Shown piece after piece: positions 23,213 to 38,200 of a stretch of 64,000 nt of DNA. The notes below the pieces were generated by a model. The model saw only the letters and a list, made by a program, of their open reading frames with translations. It had not been told where the DNA came from and did no database searches. Position 1 is the first letter of the stretch. Every line of letters begins with the position of its first letter. Both the position numbers and the translations under genes were made by a program. The stretch is from Phoronis australis (lineage: Eukaryota; Animalia; Phoronida), in contig NMRA01000381.1 in assembly GCA_002633005.1 (NCBI GenBank), positions 245,057-309,056 of the forward strand. Reading direction: 5' to 3'.

Positions 23213-26081
23213 TAATAATTCCAGGAAAACTGTTAATAATTTAAAGTTTGTAAGTTAACATAAACCTTGAAATGAATTTCAGGGGAATTATTGTCTGGCT
23301 TTGATACTGGCAGTGACAACTTCGTGGCGGCTTGAGATTTTTCCGAGGTCGCCAAACACAATCTTAGGTTGCATTGGCGACCTGCAGGTCACCAAATCAG
23401 TGGTGGAATGTGATGTTGTATTTTCTATAAGAGCAAAACCTTGCAGCTGGTGTAAACTTGACCTTTATTCATATTCACATACAATATAATGATCATCTTC
23501 ATAAACCAGGTCAATGAAGTACATGCATGTAGAAATAAGATGGTGGCTAAGACCTGTCTTACTGCCTTTGATAAAACATAGTCTCAAAACACTCAGTGAA
23601 CTTAGGCTGAAAAATGGACCATTGTTGTGTTGTGTCCAATGAATTGACAGGGCTTTGAGTTGATATTTTCTGAAGTGCTGTAACTGTGCGGGAATTGGGT
23701 AAGGTAAGAAATTCCTACCAAGTAACCTCGTGTGAAATGAGTGAGAGGCAAAATATCATTTTTACAAATGATTTTGGTTGTGTGAAATAGGTGAGTGTGC
23801 CAAATAAGTTGGGAATTACCATAATGATTGTCATGAAAAATAGTCCCAACAGAGGGAGAGTGAAGAAGACAGGGATGCATCAAAATATGTGCCCAACAAA
23901 ATTGCAACTTTGTGAGTATCGTAAATACAGCGCTGAGCAGAATTTCAGTGGCTTATTTTACTTCGAGGTGGGTGTTAAATAAGTATGATATTTATTCTTC
24001 CCATTCACCATAGCTATGCATTCTTTCTGCTGGTGAATCTGTGTATTAATATTTAAATTTTCCTGTGTGCACTTCTGCGGGTCCATGTGGTGTAAGTTGT
24101 ATTCATTCAATGCATGTACTAGTTTCATTGATTATGCTGGACATGTTTAATGTAGTTGATGCCCAGTGAACTCGGGTTGTGCTACACTTACTGGTACTGT
24201 AGTACTTGCAGTCTGTCTACTGTACTTTGCTACTGGATTAGGCAACCCCATTGATAAATTTATACTACCTGAATTCAGGCAAGTAATATTATTTCAGTGT
24301 TGTAACTTGAATGGAAAAATTTAATCTGATGGTCAAGTTCTGTATTAAGCCCAAGTTGAAAAATCACCCTCCATCACTTGGGTTTTCAAAAACTGGCAAT
24401 TTTTCAAATTTTACTTTACTCTTTGCATTTGTTGTGTACATTACAACTGCCACCAAAAACAATTGGTAGAATTTTGAGCATTCCAGCGATGTAGTTAGTT
24501 ATTGGAAAATTTGCAGTTTTGGCAGTTAGTCTTTGTGCCACATTGAAGAATTTTTAATGTAGGCTTTATTTTCAATTTTAAATGATACAAACCATGTTGA
24601 AATGGAGAATTCGGGCAACAGTTTTATTCTCATTGTGTATAATTTTCCGGAAATTAATTTCTCGTAAATTGAAAATATAATGAGTACTGTCACTCACTTA
24701 GATGCCGTTGACATTTCAAGATTTTAATTTTCAATTTATCATTATCATGTATACAGCTGCAGCAGCTATATTAAAAATGCTAATTTGCATGATAGCATGG
24801 CATTGTTACGTAGTATTCATGTCCCTGTTACAACCATGTGACACGTGGGTGTGCACTTAGGTCTACATGAGGGCTTCAGAATTAACTCTGAAGTTAGTTA
24901 CAGCTTACATCTTACCTTTTTGTATTTTGAAGATCCTCATAGAATAAAGTTATCAACAAAAGTCAAGTCAAGTCATTTGTATTGTCAATCATCCTTGATT
25001 GTTTGGTGCCACAAGTATCATTTTAGTGGTTTTGTGTAACTTTTGAAAGTGGAGAGTGTGGGGAAAATCAGTCTTTTTGAGGATTTATTTGAATGCTTAA
25101 TTTTTATTCCCTTTTTACTTTAGAATGGATATTTTAGTGTACATCACGATGGCAAATCTCATGGTAGTGGGTCCTCAAACATCAGTATCTAGTGTTTTAT
25201 TAGTTCTAAAGTCCATTACAACAGAGAAACTTCGTTGGCCTAAAAATTGTGTGACATGGTGGCCAACATCACAATTGCACGTGTAAACGACTCCAGAATA
25301 TGTGGCAAGGAAAGTGTTGTTATATTTGATGGCAGTTATTAGCAGTCACAGCAAAGTCAACATAACCAAGTGTTGTCTTGTTACGTACTCTAGTTGACTT
25401 GACTGAACAAATTCTGATGTGGCATACACTTCAGATTGTGTTGTAAATTACTTGTCATGTCTGGTGTCAGTTTGCAGTTTCTAAAAACTCTGGTTTATCA
25501 TTTGCCTGATTTTTATCATCAGGATTATATGGAAATTTCCATGAACTAAAATCATTCTCTGCATATAGTTAGCGGTAAGTTGGTATCTGTGTACTTTGGC
25601 ATTAGAGTGAAAAAATTCTTCACATCTGGGTCATCCTTCTTCAATATATTGTTGGAAATTTCTGGAGACTTCTGTCAAGTCAATAACTAGGATTGACAAC
25701 TTTATGTAATAACTGGGTAGTCAGGAAACAATAGTACCCCCACTGAGTTATACCATTGTAAGCACTTCTTTTCAATTATTATAGGACCATATTGTATACA
25801 GTACAACAATTTCAAAAGAAGTTTGTCTGGATAATGATTTCGAAGCACCAGGTAGCGATAAGTTTCATAACTGATACAACAAAATGCAATGACTTCGATG
25901 TGTGTTAACTGAACCCAGTTTGAAAGTTTCAGTAACTTCTCAGTTTATATCTACACTGCCCTTGTGTTAAGTTCATGTAAGGGCACACTGGATGTTCCCA
26001 TGCAGGCTAACATGAAGCTGCTTGCACAATGCCAGTTGTTAACATTAACAAGTATTTATGCATTGTGTTGAAGGTGTAACC

Positions 26082-26201
26082 ATGAAGTTGGACCTTCAGA
26101 CTGGACTGCCTGAGGCCAGCGCCCTCTATGATCCACAACTAGAAAAGGAGGCTTGTGGAGTGGGTTTTGTTGTGAGCATCGATGGTGTGCCCACTCATCA
26201 G
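26082..26201 (+). CDS. GLT1: GOGAT coding exon 1 (propeptide plus catalytic Cys)
   Basis: aaccATG; [40 protein letters not shown]|gttagt; acceptor gaag| ends at 26073. Confidence 0.92.
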
Positions 26202-29200
26202 GTTAGTACACAATTCTCGAGTTACTTGTCAGTTATATGTGAATCTCTGAAATCTATGTGAAAGAAAATGAAAGCATGTTGTTTTTGGTATTCAGTTAGA
26301 TATGCTGAAAAAGTAAAGATAAATATATACTTACATAGACTGGGTCGTAGGAATCGGGGTGCCTCCCAATAATTTGCAAGAGCTGTGAAACTGGTGATAG
26401 GGGGCAGTCGAGAAAAGAATAACGTGGAAGAGAGCAAACTAGGAGAACATTTGTCCACTACCAGTGTTGCCCTGGTGAGGACATTGTTTTAGGCGGAGCA
26501 GTATTTGCAATATTGACCGTCTAAATGCAGTGAAAATGGGCTATTAATCACACACTTCATAAAATTTAGAGAAACCTTGTTATGTATATGATGTTTAAAT
26601 TCATGAAGACACTGCATTTCATTTTCTCTAGAGTCCCCTCACCAAGAATGGGTAATAGAGTCACCTGTCGCTTTCTTTTCCTTTATTTGTTGAAATTGTA
26701 TATCACTTGGTATTAACTGGGAAACAGACTGAAAAGGGTCCAGAAATTAGCATCAATTTCTGCTGATTTTGTGCTTTGAAATTACACAATCATCCGCACC
26801 ATCCAGTTGGAGAGCGTTCATTGATGACATCCATGGCTACCCATTCACGCAAGGTGGGATGCCCAATGATGTAATCAATCCCCTCTTTTTCCCTGTTTTT
26901 GTGAAATTGTACAACCTATAATAGTAAGAAAGGTCAACTCTTAATGGAATTATCTATCGCTCTTTTCTATTTTTAATGATACAGCCTTTCACGTTTAGGG
27001 TCCCTTTTCAGACCGGCCGGCCCAGAGCTATTGCCCCATTACTCCCTATAAATTGGGCAATGTCAACTGTTCACAAGGGAAGTAGATAACAGTTCACATT
27101 CTGATTGGTAAAAAACATAACATGTTTATGTGAAGCACAACATCATGAAGACTTAAAGCCCTAACAAACTAAAATGTGAGATTGTATGAGGCCCTCTGCT
27201 GTGGGTACAAGTGCCCGTGCGCTTTCTAAGAGGGGTTGCCCGAAGGGAAGACTCTTGTCGTCACCAGTTCCAGCTTCCAGTCCCCACTCTCATCGCCAAT
27301 CACTCAAGTAGCCAAATCTAAAAACTGGCAGAAGTTACGCTAATTTTGAGGTGATTTTTATTATTGAATGCAATTTTTTTTAGTCTAATGAGGGTAATTG
27401 TATTTAAAAGTTGAGTCATTGAGCTATGGCCGTGTTCTAGAACTTTACTTGCCATGTCATTTTAGTTGCTGAGCATGTTCTTGAGCAGTAACGAGCTGTC
27501 AGCTCTTTGCAAGATCAAAATGACTTCTCATCTGTAGTGGTTCAAGCCAATATTGTAGCAGTTAGTGGTCTGTGTCAACAGTTAGAGTTTCTTTGATGGA
27601 ACGCTGGTTTACTATTTTATTCATTTGTCAGATCCTTGAAAATGCTCGCATAATGTTGGAGAGAATGGAGCATCGTGGTGCGTGCAGCTGTGACAATGAC
27701 ACGGGCGATGGCGCTGGCATGATGACGGCTATTCCACATCAATTCTATGCACGCATTCTACAGTAAGTTGGTTACTTTGCACCTTGCAATGTGTAAATTA
27801 GACTTCTATATGGGATTTGTTTTATGAACAATTATATTTTTAATAAATAATACGTTCCTCGACATTTTGATTTAATCACAAAATTATCACCAGACACAAT
27901 ATTGGAAAGAATGACACAAATATGCGTACACTATTACCTGATGTCAAAGTTCATGTCACGACATCACTGTAGCTGAAATTAGATAATTCTGAGGTTCTAT
28001 GTCGAAAACAGATTCTAGAGGTAGAATTCCACTGATGCTTTTGTTTCTCATATTGGATGGCTATCATTTGATGAGAAAGTTTAGTATCGCTTACTAACCT
28101 TAAAAAATGCTTTACCACTTTTGACAAACTTTTTGTGCACCCAGATATTATATGACTGCATATTGCTGTCATTTGTCTGGCCATCCAAGCGTCTGGTGTA
28201 CACTGGTGCATCTCTAAACCCCTTCTGTGATCTCAATGAGTTTTGTTAAATGTGTTCCTATGAAGCTAATGTTTGCCTATTCTTTCTTCATCAGTTCCTT
28301 GATGAATTTTCGTTAAATATGGCAAATAGGTTTTCATTAAGTAGGCAACAAAGCCTTTTTGTTTTCAGTTGGATACAACATAGTTTGCGCCATCTGGTGG
28401 CCATTTCTACAATTTCCAAGTTGATTTTTGGTTTCCTTCTTTATCTGCAAAACTAGGGAAACAGTCATTATGAAAATTGGCAGATGTGAGGAGATTAGGG
28501 CTGACATTAATTCTGGACGGCTCTGGCTACTCTGGCACTCTGTAGTAGCAGGATTATTTGTTTGCATTGGCGACTGTATATCCTAAACCCTTTCACAATC
28601 CTTGTGAAATCTGGCAAGTGTACTTCTATGAAAGTTTTAATGGATGACAACTTTTGGACAGAGCTGACTACTGCTGTGTCTGCTATTGTTACAGAATTTA
28701 GGAAAAAGGTTTCTATTAAGATTATGCTATCCCATTTTTGCTTGGATTCCACATATTCTAAGCCACCCAGTGTCCATTTTTAACTCGTGTTTCTTTGATG
28801 AAGGAGACTATGTGTCGTTAATATTCATCAAACGTTAAAGATTGGGTCAGGATTTTAAAATGGAGGTGCTCAAATTGTGTTTTACCGTCAATTAATTGCA
28901 TAGCCCATTACTTGGTTTTGGTGGGTACTGGAGTGCTCTAGTGTCCAAGCATCTTCCTGGATCTCAGTTTGAGTAAAGGAATCAATATTTGAGTTATAAA
29001 ATGTGGTTACTTTATCGTTTAGGGATGAACTTGGGGTGACATTACCTGCCAAGGGTCTGTATGCTACTGGCATTATATTCATGGACAAGGGAGCCACAGA
29101 GGAGGGGGAACAACGGTTTACCAAAATGGCTGCTGAAAATAATTTACAAGTAAGATCCAGTATGATTGAGTTGAACTGTTAATGGATATCTGTGTGATAA

Positions 29201-32200
29201 CAATTCACTTTTTCACTGCACAGTTGTGTAATCTCCATTGCCAAGTACGCTCAAGTGTGCGGATAAAATGAAAATCTATTTCAACTTAATTAGCTAATTC
29301 AGGCCTACTCAGCAGCTCATCAAAAAATTATGTGCATCTGTCAAAATGTCTGTCCTGCTGCTGGTGTTGTCTCGAGTATGGACAATGCAATCAGTTTTGA
29401 TTTAAAACAATTGGAGCCCAGTTTTAAACTGTTCACTGTATTTTGTCAGTCTCCCTTGTACTTGTTATTGGGATATCCTTCTAGGTTCTCTGCTGGCGCA
29501 CTGTTCCTGTCAATAATTCAGGTGTTGGTCGCCTAGCCCTACAGAGGGAGCCTGCCATGCGACAAGTAAGTGTACCACACTCACAATGCTAAAGTGGCTC
29601 TGTGTTTTGTTGTGCAATAGATGTCTTGACAGTTTTGTAGATCTATTGGAGGACAAATTGATTATATTTGAGTGAAATCTTTTTGAATTTTTTCAATCAA
29701 AAATCTTTTGTTGGTTCCTCGTTTATTTGTGATTTGTAGGGCAATTTCCTCAAACTTTAACAAAAATTGTTGCCAAAGTTGTCATTTTTTTCATTTTTTG
29801 AAAGATCAGTGCATTGTTAAAAATACTCAAAATCTCATCTTATGTTGATGAAAGCTGTTCTATATAAAAGAATGAAAGTTATTTTTTCTGTTTCCTTTAT
29901 TGATATTCACTGTTGCGTCATTTTGTGTTCTAAATTAAAAAAAGGTAGTAGCAACTTCTGTTTTCTGAAAGACTATTAGAAGTGTTCGATTTTGAGATTT
30001 TTTGCAATTAATGTTGAACTAGCTCTCATTTGAATCTTGCAGGTATTTGTGACAAGTAATCTTAAGGAAAATGAATTCAAGAGACAGGTAATTATTACTG
30101 AGTGGAAAGCTTGGAAACTAAATTGATTTTATAAATAACTATTTTTGAGAAATCCTTGGAGTCAAGTCTCCTTTACAGTAAACCGTTAAGTTCTCTTTGC
30201 TGTGTTCCTCTGTGTCATGTGTCAAGTGCAAAAGTAAGTAATTTGTAACCTGATTACACCCCTATTTTGGTTGATACAAATTCTCAATAGGCTGAAAAGA
30301 TGATAAATGATTATCGGTCTGATACTTGCGTGAACGGTTATGTCTTAGCAACCATTTATGTCATATGGTACAAGTCATGTGAATTCATTGAAGTGGTTGA
30401 TGTGAATTTGTAGTCAAAACAAAATATTATGATCAATGATGGCATAGTTATAGTTGGTATATCTATTTGAATACAAACTATAACCACGTGTTCATAATAC
30501 CCCTACTACAAAACTTATTTAACTTGATCTGTAAGTTTTAATTACAAATGAACAACTTTTTGTGACGTTTCAGCAAATACTACTTCTATAATATATGTAG
30601 AATGTACTGATATACAACTAAAAGATGAAAAAATTAGTCTGTTTGATAATGCCAGTGGGTATTTTTATTATTCATTATAGTGAGATTGCATTTGGTCATA
30701 CAGTTTTCCCAATTTGTTATAGGTTATTAAAAATTGATCTCTTATTGATTATTAGATGAGGAAGTATTTAAGTATTTGCCTATAATTATGTAGTTGCCGA
30801 TAGTGAATATCTTGAAGCTGTACCCATTCAGTCCATATTTTTCTTGTTTGTAATCATGTTTTTAAATGTCAAATAAATAAGAGTTGTACTCTCCAAGGAA
30901 ATATGTGATTTTGTATCACTGCATGGAAGTGTTGCAAAATACGAGTCATAATTGCAAAACTAATAGTTCTGTTCCACAATCAGCCGTATTCCAAATATGG
31001 TCACAGTTAGTTCTGTTTCACAATCAGCCGTGTTCCAAATATGGTCACAGCATCTAGTGTACTTTCATTTTACAAAATATGCTTGAAAGAAGCATCGAAT
31101 ATGGTGTATTGAAATTGAAATATGTCGCATGGATAAATAGGGTGACACTTGTCTTACTTCAAAACATGTTATCTGGGCTGTTGTAGAGTAGAGTAAGATG
31201 TGGGGTCAGTCAAGCACTTCTTGTTTTATGGATTCTTGGCAACTGTTGGTGAATTAATCTGGCTTTTGCCCATTAAGAATGGATTTGCATTTGCGTGCTA
31301 GATAATTCTTATTGATCAGCCGTAATCAATGAGCGCTAGATTAGCTGAGGTAGGCTAATGGAATTAGAAAGATTCTGTGCACGTCGTCCATTTTGTCTCT
31401 AACTTACCACTAAGGGTTCTTATGCTGACCTGTTGGCAAGAAGCCATTGACAAAACGAGAACTGACAATTCTGGCCTTCATTGCTGCAATTTTTTATAAG
31501 CAATTTAAAAGAGCCGTTTCTTGAGAAAATCAGGCAGGGGTGTGTTTGGTACAGATTGCAGTTTTTTACCAGTTCAGGAGAAGCCATGACAAAATCCAAA
31601 AGCCTGGATGTTTTCTTTGTTGATCTTGTGTGAAAATAGACTTAAAACAGCCCAATTCATTGAAGTATTTCTGTGAAGTATTGGGAAATGTTCTCTTCGG
31701 GACCTCTTTTGAACTCTCCACAAGTGGAGATAACAATTGACCTTAGGAATTCCATGAAAGCGTGAATAAGCTGGATGGTTTTGAAACCTTGGTTTTCCAA
31801 CTACTCTTCCCCATTAGTTGTATCTGATATCACCAGGGGGAGTTGAATTCCATTGACTGCTTACCTTGTCCCTCAAAACTAGGCACAAGTGGCAGTAAGA
31901 AAAACTTCTGACATACCGTATTTGCCATAACAACTGCCCATGCCCCTATAAGCGCCCCGCCACGCGTTTTCAGACTTTGCTGAAATAAGCGCCCAGTCCA
32001 AGAACGTGTACATGCGAACAATGACGTACCTACAGTCCTAAAACTCGGCTACAGTAACGTTTTCAATTTATCAAAAAAATTTTTGCACGGGTCTTCTAGA
32101 CCACCAGCGGCACTGCTACGTTTGTATTTAGCCGTGACTATACACTTCAAAGTGACGCAGCGCTTCAAAAAGAACGCAACAACGTTGCTACTCTCGCGAC

Positions 32201-35200
32201 GACCGTGTCCTACTATGGTTTGACCTTTCAGTACAGACACATCGACTGTCTCATGAATAAAAATAACTCGGTGTTAAACGCATGTGGCCAGGAAGCGCGC
32301 GCTACATATATGAACCTGTCATCAAAGACATTACTTGGGAACTATCCATTAATGAAACGGGTAGCATAGCATCGGTAAGAAATGAATATTGGCACTAACT
32401 ACCGACAATTTCTAATACTATGAAACATGTTTGTGTTATTTTTGAGATAGATTGTTTGATTAACCATAATTGGTGTTTTTAAGCCGAATATCCGATAAAA
32501 TGACAACTGACAGTGAATGCTTACACACCCTTACACCGAAAAATAACTGTCAGATAGTTACGTACGCATCCAGCTACACGGCGACTAATATGGGCCTTAC
32601 CGAGACAAATGTCCAACGTCTTTAGCACATGAGACCGGCAAGTGCTGAATGAAACACGTTCTGGTTTAGGCCTACTGCTTGTGCAAATTTCTTTAGACAC
32701 AATTAATGCACATCTAGCTCGTTAGATTGCGTGGCTCTGGCCAAAAGACGGTCTCTGCTTTGGCAAATGAACTCTGGTGACACGCACGCGCTCGCTTACT
32801 CACAAACGCAGACAAATTCAAAACAAACGTCACGTGACAACAACATGTGTGTTCGTCCAGACATTTTTCTCGCCATGTTGCCGATCATACATGTAGATGG
32901 CACGATGTCATGCACAGATTTGTACTTAAACCTGCTGTTAATCCAGACTCCACGGGAACTTAAAAAAAATCTTAGAGACGTCAGAAAACTTAATGAAGAT
33001 TTCAGGTAATTTGCTTGAGTTGAAATTAATTTATTCAAGCATTGAAGTCGCTTTATCGAAGACGGCGATTTCGAGGCGAGTTTTCACCCTGGGATTTCAG
33101 CACAATTTTCTGTAAAATGATCGTAATTTAGTAGCAAAGGTTGATAGCAATGCACCACAGTTTTGTTGAAAGTCTTTCATAGATTACAGATACATCACAG
33201 AGCGTAAATTTGATGAATCTTAGCTTCCGATTTCACCCGTTCTGGAGACCGGGTTTCAACTGCCTTGGGTTACAATAAGCGTCCCCCCTGAACCGAACTT
33301 TTCTAATCGCCCTGGGTGGTTATTACGGCGAATACGGTATACGCGCTCAATTGCTAATAAAAATTGTGTGGCTTTGGACATGGATGTTTTGTGACATCGC
33401 TTGAATTTTTGTGGAATTATTGTTTGAGAAAAGGGATTCCATTGAAAACTCCAAGGCCTGATAGATCCGCCACAAGTTAAACAAGGTGTTAGATCAAATT
33501 ACACTCCATTGTAGTTACATTTAATGTGCTTGTTTGGTATTAGCAGTTTGTTCATCTTTTGTAATAACATCAAATGTCAAAATGTAAACAGGTCCAGGGT
33601 ATTAAGGCTGATAGAGGTTGCTGGAAAGGGAAGTTAAAATTTCATTGTATATCTACCTCTCCCTAAAATTGGTGGTGACAAAAAGCAACCTCTATCTAGT
33701 TGTTTAGTTCTACCATATGGATGTTTGCTTAAAATTTCTTTGTCTTTATGTCAATGTCCATGTTTTGGTGGGGTAAGTGTTGACTTTAAGTATATTTAGA
33801 TTATAAATATCCTTCAGTTGCCATTCAAAACAACAAAGACAACCAGTCTACTTGTAACTCAGTCCATTTGTTGTATGTGACTTATAGCTACAGATAAAGA
33901 ATATACATACACATACATGTCAACAAATATTTACTAGCATAAATCTTGCAAACATAATTCTAGAATGTCAGCAATGCCTTTAGGAAAAGACAGTATTTCC
34001 CAATATTTATGACAAAGGTTTGTGAAAAACCAGCTTTTAGTTTTGAGACTATGTGCACACCTTATACAAGTGTACAAGGTTAGGCCAAAAATCATAACTG
34101 GTTCTGGTGTCTGTTTTTGAAACTCTAGTCGGTGTGGTATTTTTGGAGATGTAGGATATTTTTTACTTATTGCTTGTCAAATCACAGTGTTTCAAACCTT
34201 GTTTACCCTTATTTATGCTTTGTGTAGCTTTTCAAAAACACAAAACTTTGGCTGAAATTACTTTGGGTGAACGTTTTTTAGTTGCGAGGGTAGGTCTCAG
34301 AATGAGTCGGGGGGAAAAAAGACCAGAACTAGCGTTGCTTTGTTTGCCCTGATTTGATCTGTACAGATTACATTGAATTAAACCCAACAGAAGTGAATAT
34401 TCAGTCATTCTTTTGTGATATTGACTGTTGTTTTTGTGACATTGTCTGCTTATGCTTCAATACAAAAGCTGTCGCCAGATTTGAAGCCACGCGCTTTTAC
34501 AAGTACAGCTCATCATGCCCAAGTGAACCCTAGACAAAAGTTTTGGACGAGTGAAATCTTGGTGATTCTGGTCACCAAACTATGAGTTAAAGCAAATAAA
34601 CGCTAAAACCAATTATTTGAAACATGTAAGGGCAAACAGCTTGTCTTTGAATAGTAGAACCAGCAGTACAAAATTCTTATCTCACCCTCAAGTTCACTAC
34701 TCTACTGTATAAGTGGAACATTCCCATGGCCCGGTGAGATTATACTAACCTTGCCTATCAAATGGGGCAGACGTGTGGTGGCAGTGCATAACCTGTTGCC
34801 TTCTGTGTCTACATAGTTTAATAAGAAAGGCAGAAAGTATTGAACAATTTAAAATGAAGCCAGTTTTGTGATATTCTAAAACTGGAGAATTGTTTTGGTG
34901 TTCTGTGAATAATATTTATGCAGAATGGGACATTATGATATTTGTCAAATTTTCAAATTAGTAAAAGCTGTTTTGGCATATTAGACCGACACAAATTTTG
35001 TTAATTTCTTTTTATCCCCATGGAAATCCAGATTTAAGTATTTTGTGTGTCGCATTAGATCAAAAATGAATTGTATGGCAGTAGATACGCTTTATAATTT
35101 AAATTCTGCCTGTTTTTCATTGGTAATGACTCTTACACTCATGACTCTTCCAAGTGACTTCACAAGGGTCACATTTGTCTTGCATACTACTAGAGTTAAC

Positions 35201-38200
35201 TAAATCAGCAGAATGGATGGTTTTATAATACACATCGGACTTGATTGCTAGAGGATTTACTTTTATTTGAAGATTTTGTTCAAAAGCTACTCATCTTGTC
35301 AGCAACTCTTATGGAATTGATTTTTGTTCAGCAATCAATGAGTTGTGCTGTGGTTTGACTTTCCAGATTTAGACATAAATAACTTTATCTGACAGTAGAC
35401 AAAACCATTAACATAACCGTTATTGATCGACCAAACTAGTGCGGGGGTGTTTTAATGTGTGCTAGTGTTTTTTTTGTTGTGATCATTTCATGATTATTAA
35501 ACTACTGCTGCATCATCTTTGTTTTGTTCATGTGAAGGCTGAAAGTAATTTAAAAAAATTTTGTTTCTAATGGAACCTATGCAAGTGCATAAATAGTGTC
35601 AAGTGAGTTGATATTTGACAAGGTGTAGAATCTGATGATCAGTTTTGTTAGTGATCAAGTGGGATAATATTCACATTATGTGACAAGCTGGTTTAAAATT
35701 AACGTGGGTGATGTCTAATTTGCCATCTGTCTACCATACTCAAATGTTTGTTACCTTTGAATCTTAATTCAACATTAAAATGGGGGGGATATGTGGTTGC
35801 TAATTTGCATGATTATCTCTGTACTGGGTTAAATGCAATTGATTTCTAAGAAGTTTTATTACTCATCTTGAATTTTAAAGCTCATTGTAGCCAGACTTGA
35901 TTACTGGGCTCATAGTGCTATCTGTCCTGTTGGTTTACTGTTGCCAGTTATCAGTCGGGTATAATTGGCATGAATTGTTATCAGTAGTATAAAAAGAGAA
36001 GTCCATGTAAGACTTATTCTTAGTAGATTCTTCCTAAAACCATCTTTTAAAACTCAGTAAATGCTGCATAGCAGAAATACTCTATAAATATACCATTTGA
36101 TTTGATTTGATTGATTGATTAATTGATTTAACATGCATTGACTACAAAACTGCTAGATTGACGGACAAAAGGCATACAGGCAAAAGTTGGCATGAAGTGA
36201 CAAAAGTATAATCAATGTGTGGTTGGAATGATAAAGTTGTTACTTATTTTCATTGTGGTCTGTTCTTAGAGATCACTATAACATATCCTTGATGTCCATG
36301 TTAGATTCTAGTCTTGCAGCATTGGGGTTTTGATATGTTCACTAAACTTGAAGCAGACCAGTCGTGCGATAAAACTATCAAAACTGGGCACAAAGCCGCG
36401 GTACCACACAAGTTCCTGACACTTAAGTGTGGGGGGGGGGGGATTACTGGGCTAAACTATTGCAGGCCAGTCTGGGTACCAATTAGGTCCCGGTACCGCA
36501 CGAATGGCTGAGAGATTTAGGGGGTGAGTGTGCTCCTTGGATTGTGCATGCAACTGGGCATCCACGAGATCGAGTGTGACACATCTTAAATACAGAAATC
36601 TGACCTATCGGCATGTAAATCGGATGGGACGAGGCCTACATTCTTAAGCCCTGTCCAAAGCATGGCCAGTTATGGTCATGTCTAAAGAAATACTAAAATA
36701 ACCCACTAGAGGGCGCATCTCGCTCAACTCTAGACCCTCTGGCACTCCTGTTACAACATACTTAAGAAAATTTGTTTTTGAAATTTAAAAAATTGTGTCA
36801 AGAAAAGAAGATTTGTGGATGTTAATAGATACACAGCTCAATAGTGTGATCAAAGACTGGTCTCTGTTGGTGTTGTCCCGTTGTTGTTACTCAGCTCAAT
36901 GGTGTGATCAAAGACTGGTCTCTGTTGGTGTTGTCCCGTTGTTGTTACTCAGCTCAATGGTGTGATCAAAGACTGGTCTCTGTTGGTGTTGTCCCATTGT
37001 TGTTACTAAGCTCAATGGTGTGATCAAATATCTGTTGTTGTTTCCCCAACTGGTGCTCTTTGAAGCTCTTACTTTTACTGTTGAATCTCATAATTTACAT
37101 TTGGCTATTAATCTAGTAGCAGTGTAAATTAATTTTGTTACTTTTTAGCTCATGTCTTGATTGGATTTGGAAACAAATTATGAGATGATAATCGAATAGT
37201 AAGGCATAAAAGCCGTTTCAAAATGGATGTAAATTGGGTTTTACTGTTTTTGATATGTCTCTGCTAATAATGTTGTGTTGTTTCTGTAAATCCTTAATCC
37301 CCTGTAGCTATACAGTAATGGCATAATTGTACTTTCTTTGAATATTTAACTCTCCTCTGTAAAGCTGGGAAGGAGGCTATGTTTCCACCTTAGGACATTT
37401 GTAGTCTACACTCCTACACGTGAAGATATGCATTTTGATGAAATGTTCAGTAGAGGCCGGAAATGTGTGAAGGATCAATCTGATAAGTTTTATTAATGAC
37501 CCCCCTTCCTGTTGGCTTCTGCTATAAAACGCGCCAATATTTTATTTAGGTACAAAGTACATTCATGGCGTATGTGTAGGCATGAACGTTTGCATGTGCC
37601 AAAGTGCAACACTATTGAGAGTAGCCCAGTTCGTGGTTCAACTGTTCTTCACTCTTTGAAAAGGGTAATAAATCTTGTCAAAAAATTAACATTGATTCAA
37701 GTCGCTTACTATTATAAAGTCAGTCTGATATTGCTTCTTACTCAGATAAGATTTCTAGGCTTAAGAACATGTGACAGGTAGTTTTATTACATCAGACGAG
37801 CCGTATGAAGGACTGATGACCAGTTGGCTGGAGCAAATTCAACATTTTTGAATTTTCTTCTGTGTATTTGGTTTTAACTTTTATTTAAGTGGTGATTGGA
37901 TAGAACTGGTAATAGGAAATATTAATGTTACGAGGTCACTGAGTGGACTTAAGTCAGGAATTAGGTCTTCTTACATTCTACATTCTACATAACTATTTTT
38001 GTAAAATAATTATACTCACTAGTTATAATCGAAAGCATCTGAGGATATACCTGTAACTGCAGATAAACAATTTGAAAGCAAAATATCACAGGCTGATGAC
38101 TGACTGGCAAATCATTTTTTGATGTTCCAAAGGTTGTAAAGTTAGGGTTATCGTTCAAAACGCTACTAAAATGGTTGCAGAAAAGCATGTGCAATTCTCA

